From the NCBI GenBank assembly GCA_002329465.1, contig DCTW01000007.1, forward strand, positions 3 to 64,002: 64,000 nucleotides of DNA. Reading direction: 5' to 3'. Shown piece by piece: positions 63,664 through 64,000 of this stretch (positions within the stretch are counted from its first letter, which is position 1; every line of letters begins with the position of its first letter). Under the pieces are notes generated by a model, which saw only the letters and a program-made list of their open reading frames with translations, was not told the origin of the DNA and ran no database searches. The DNA is from Candidatus Woesebacteria bacterium UBA1430. Its GTDB lineage: Bacteria; Patescibacteriota; Microgenomatia; UBA8517. Made by a program: the position numbers and the translations under genes.

Positions 63664-64000
63664 CTTTTTGAGGGTTTGATCCTGGCCCAGGGTGAACGCT
63701 GGCGGCGTGCATTAGGCATGCAAGTGGAACGGACGCGACTCGCAAGAGTTGCGTCAGTCGCGAACGGCTGAGTAACGGGTAGGAATCTACCCCTTGGTGG
63801 GGAATACCTCCGCGAAAGCGGGGTTAATACCGCATAAACTCGTGCATAGCACGAGGAAATTCCAATTAACAAATTCCAAATAAATCTAAAATTTTAATTT
63901 TCTAAACTCAAAACATTTTGAATTTAGGATTTAAACATTAATTATTGTTTGCAATTTGGTGCTTGAAATTTGGGATTTTCTCTTGCTATGCAAGAGTAAA
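63664..64000 (+). rRNA. rrs: 16S rRNA gene, 5' part (runs off window)
   Basis: tttgagggtttgatcctggcccagggtgaacgctggcggcgtg matches the universal 16S 5' end (GTTTGATCCTGGCTCAG ... AACGCTGGCGG). The ...taataccgcataa block follows. Confidence 0.9.
63858..63978 (+). other. AT-rich insertion (intervening sequence) within the 16S rRNA gene
   Basis: An abrupt shift occurs after ...ctcgtgcatagcacgaggaa. Hand count is 19 G+C in the 100 nt 63861-63960, against 36 G+C in the 60 nt 63721-63780. The 3' boundary is uncertain or beyond the window. Confidence 0.55.

Noticed and set aside
63648-63872. 74-aa minus-strand ORF (and ORF 63406-63606)
   Set aside because: The first lies inside the 16S rRNA 5' domain. 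The second spans the orphan tRNA half and the rRNA promoter region. Neither has coding support.
1-64000. CRISPR arrays, large IS elements or prophage blocks
   Set aside because: Reading both strands showed no regularly spaced 25-40-bp direct repeats, transposase-like ORFs or phage structural genes.
1-64000. Alternative genetic code (UGA recoding, as in some CPR lineages)
   Set aside because: Many well-supported genes terminate at TGA exactly where the next gene starts (ATGA overlaps at 2067, 18338, 23560, 29186, 42658 and 58277). Conserved proteins have normal lengths under the standard code.

Overview
This is a dense, low-GC, mostly plus-strand bacterial chromosome segment. It reads cleanly with the standard genetic code, and several genes end in TGA inside ATGA start/stop overlaps. 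The gene content, the Shine-Dalgarno consensus GGAGGTGAT and a 16S 5' end interrupted by an AT-rich block suggest a small-genome Candidate Phyla Radiation (Patescibacteria)-like organism; this is inference. Contents in order: (1) two unlisted mini-ORFs and a secreted protein. (2) A 1.2-12.2 kb central-carbon supercluster: glutaredoxin, archaeal-type TIM, RpiB, PGK, GAPDH, RPE, LOG-like protein, split transketolase, class I FBA, PfkB kinase and a 2-hydroxyacid dehydrogenase. (3) A beta-lactamase-like hydrolase plus two tandem PBP1A genes. (4) A HEPN-like ORF coupled to a CPBP protease. (5) nrdR, class II RNR (nrdJ) and a PduO adenosyltransferase. (6) An orphan membrane-anchored VirD4/TraD-like ATPase. 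(7) tRNA-Ile(UAU), an orphan ORF and a tyrosine recombinase. (8) tRNA(CAT), a truncated GIY-YIG gene, a second tRNA(CAT), trpS, ftsH, a 5'-3' exonuclease, a GT4 glycosyltransferase, fpg and recF. (9) NAD(P)HX dehydratase, a Fic protein, an ATP-dependent DNA ligase, a Ca-type P-ATPase and a CaCA exchanger. (10) pth, an MGMT-domain protein and acylphosphatase. (11) An alpha-glucan cluster: GT, GH57, GH15 and a ROK kinase. (12) A NOX/ferric-reductase-like flavocytochrome with thioredoxin and thioredoxin reductase. (13) SpoU, an ABC-2 exporter and a tandem Nudix protein. (14) A tRNA-rich end: Gln, Lys and Glu tRNAs with HNH and GIY-YIG nuclease genes, then the start of a 16S rRNA gene. The observations most worth follow-up are: (a) GIY-YIG genes physically fused to or overwritten by tRNA genes at two loci, one bracketed by a perfect 38-bp duplication of the tRNA-Glu 5' half; (b) a dispersed heptanucleotide tandem repeat (consensus TCATTAG) at three loci, read in the same codon phase each time, with the in-frame TAG mutated away inside two genes and used as the stop codon of a third; (c) a NOX-family bis-heme flavocytochrome next to Trx/TrxR; (d) an AT-rich insertion in the 16S gene. 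No CRISPR array was seen.
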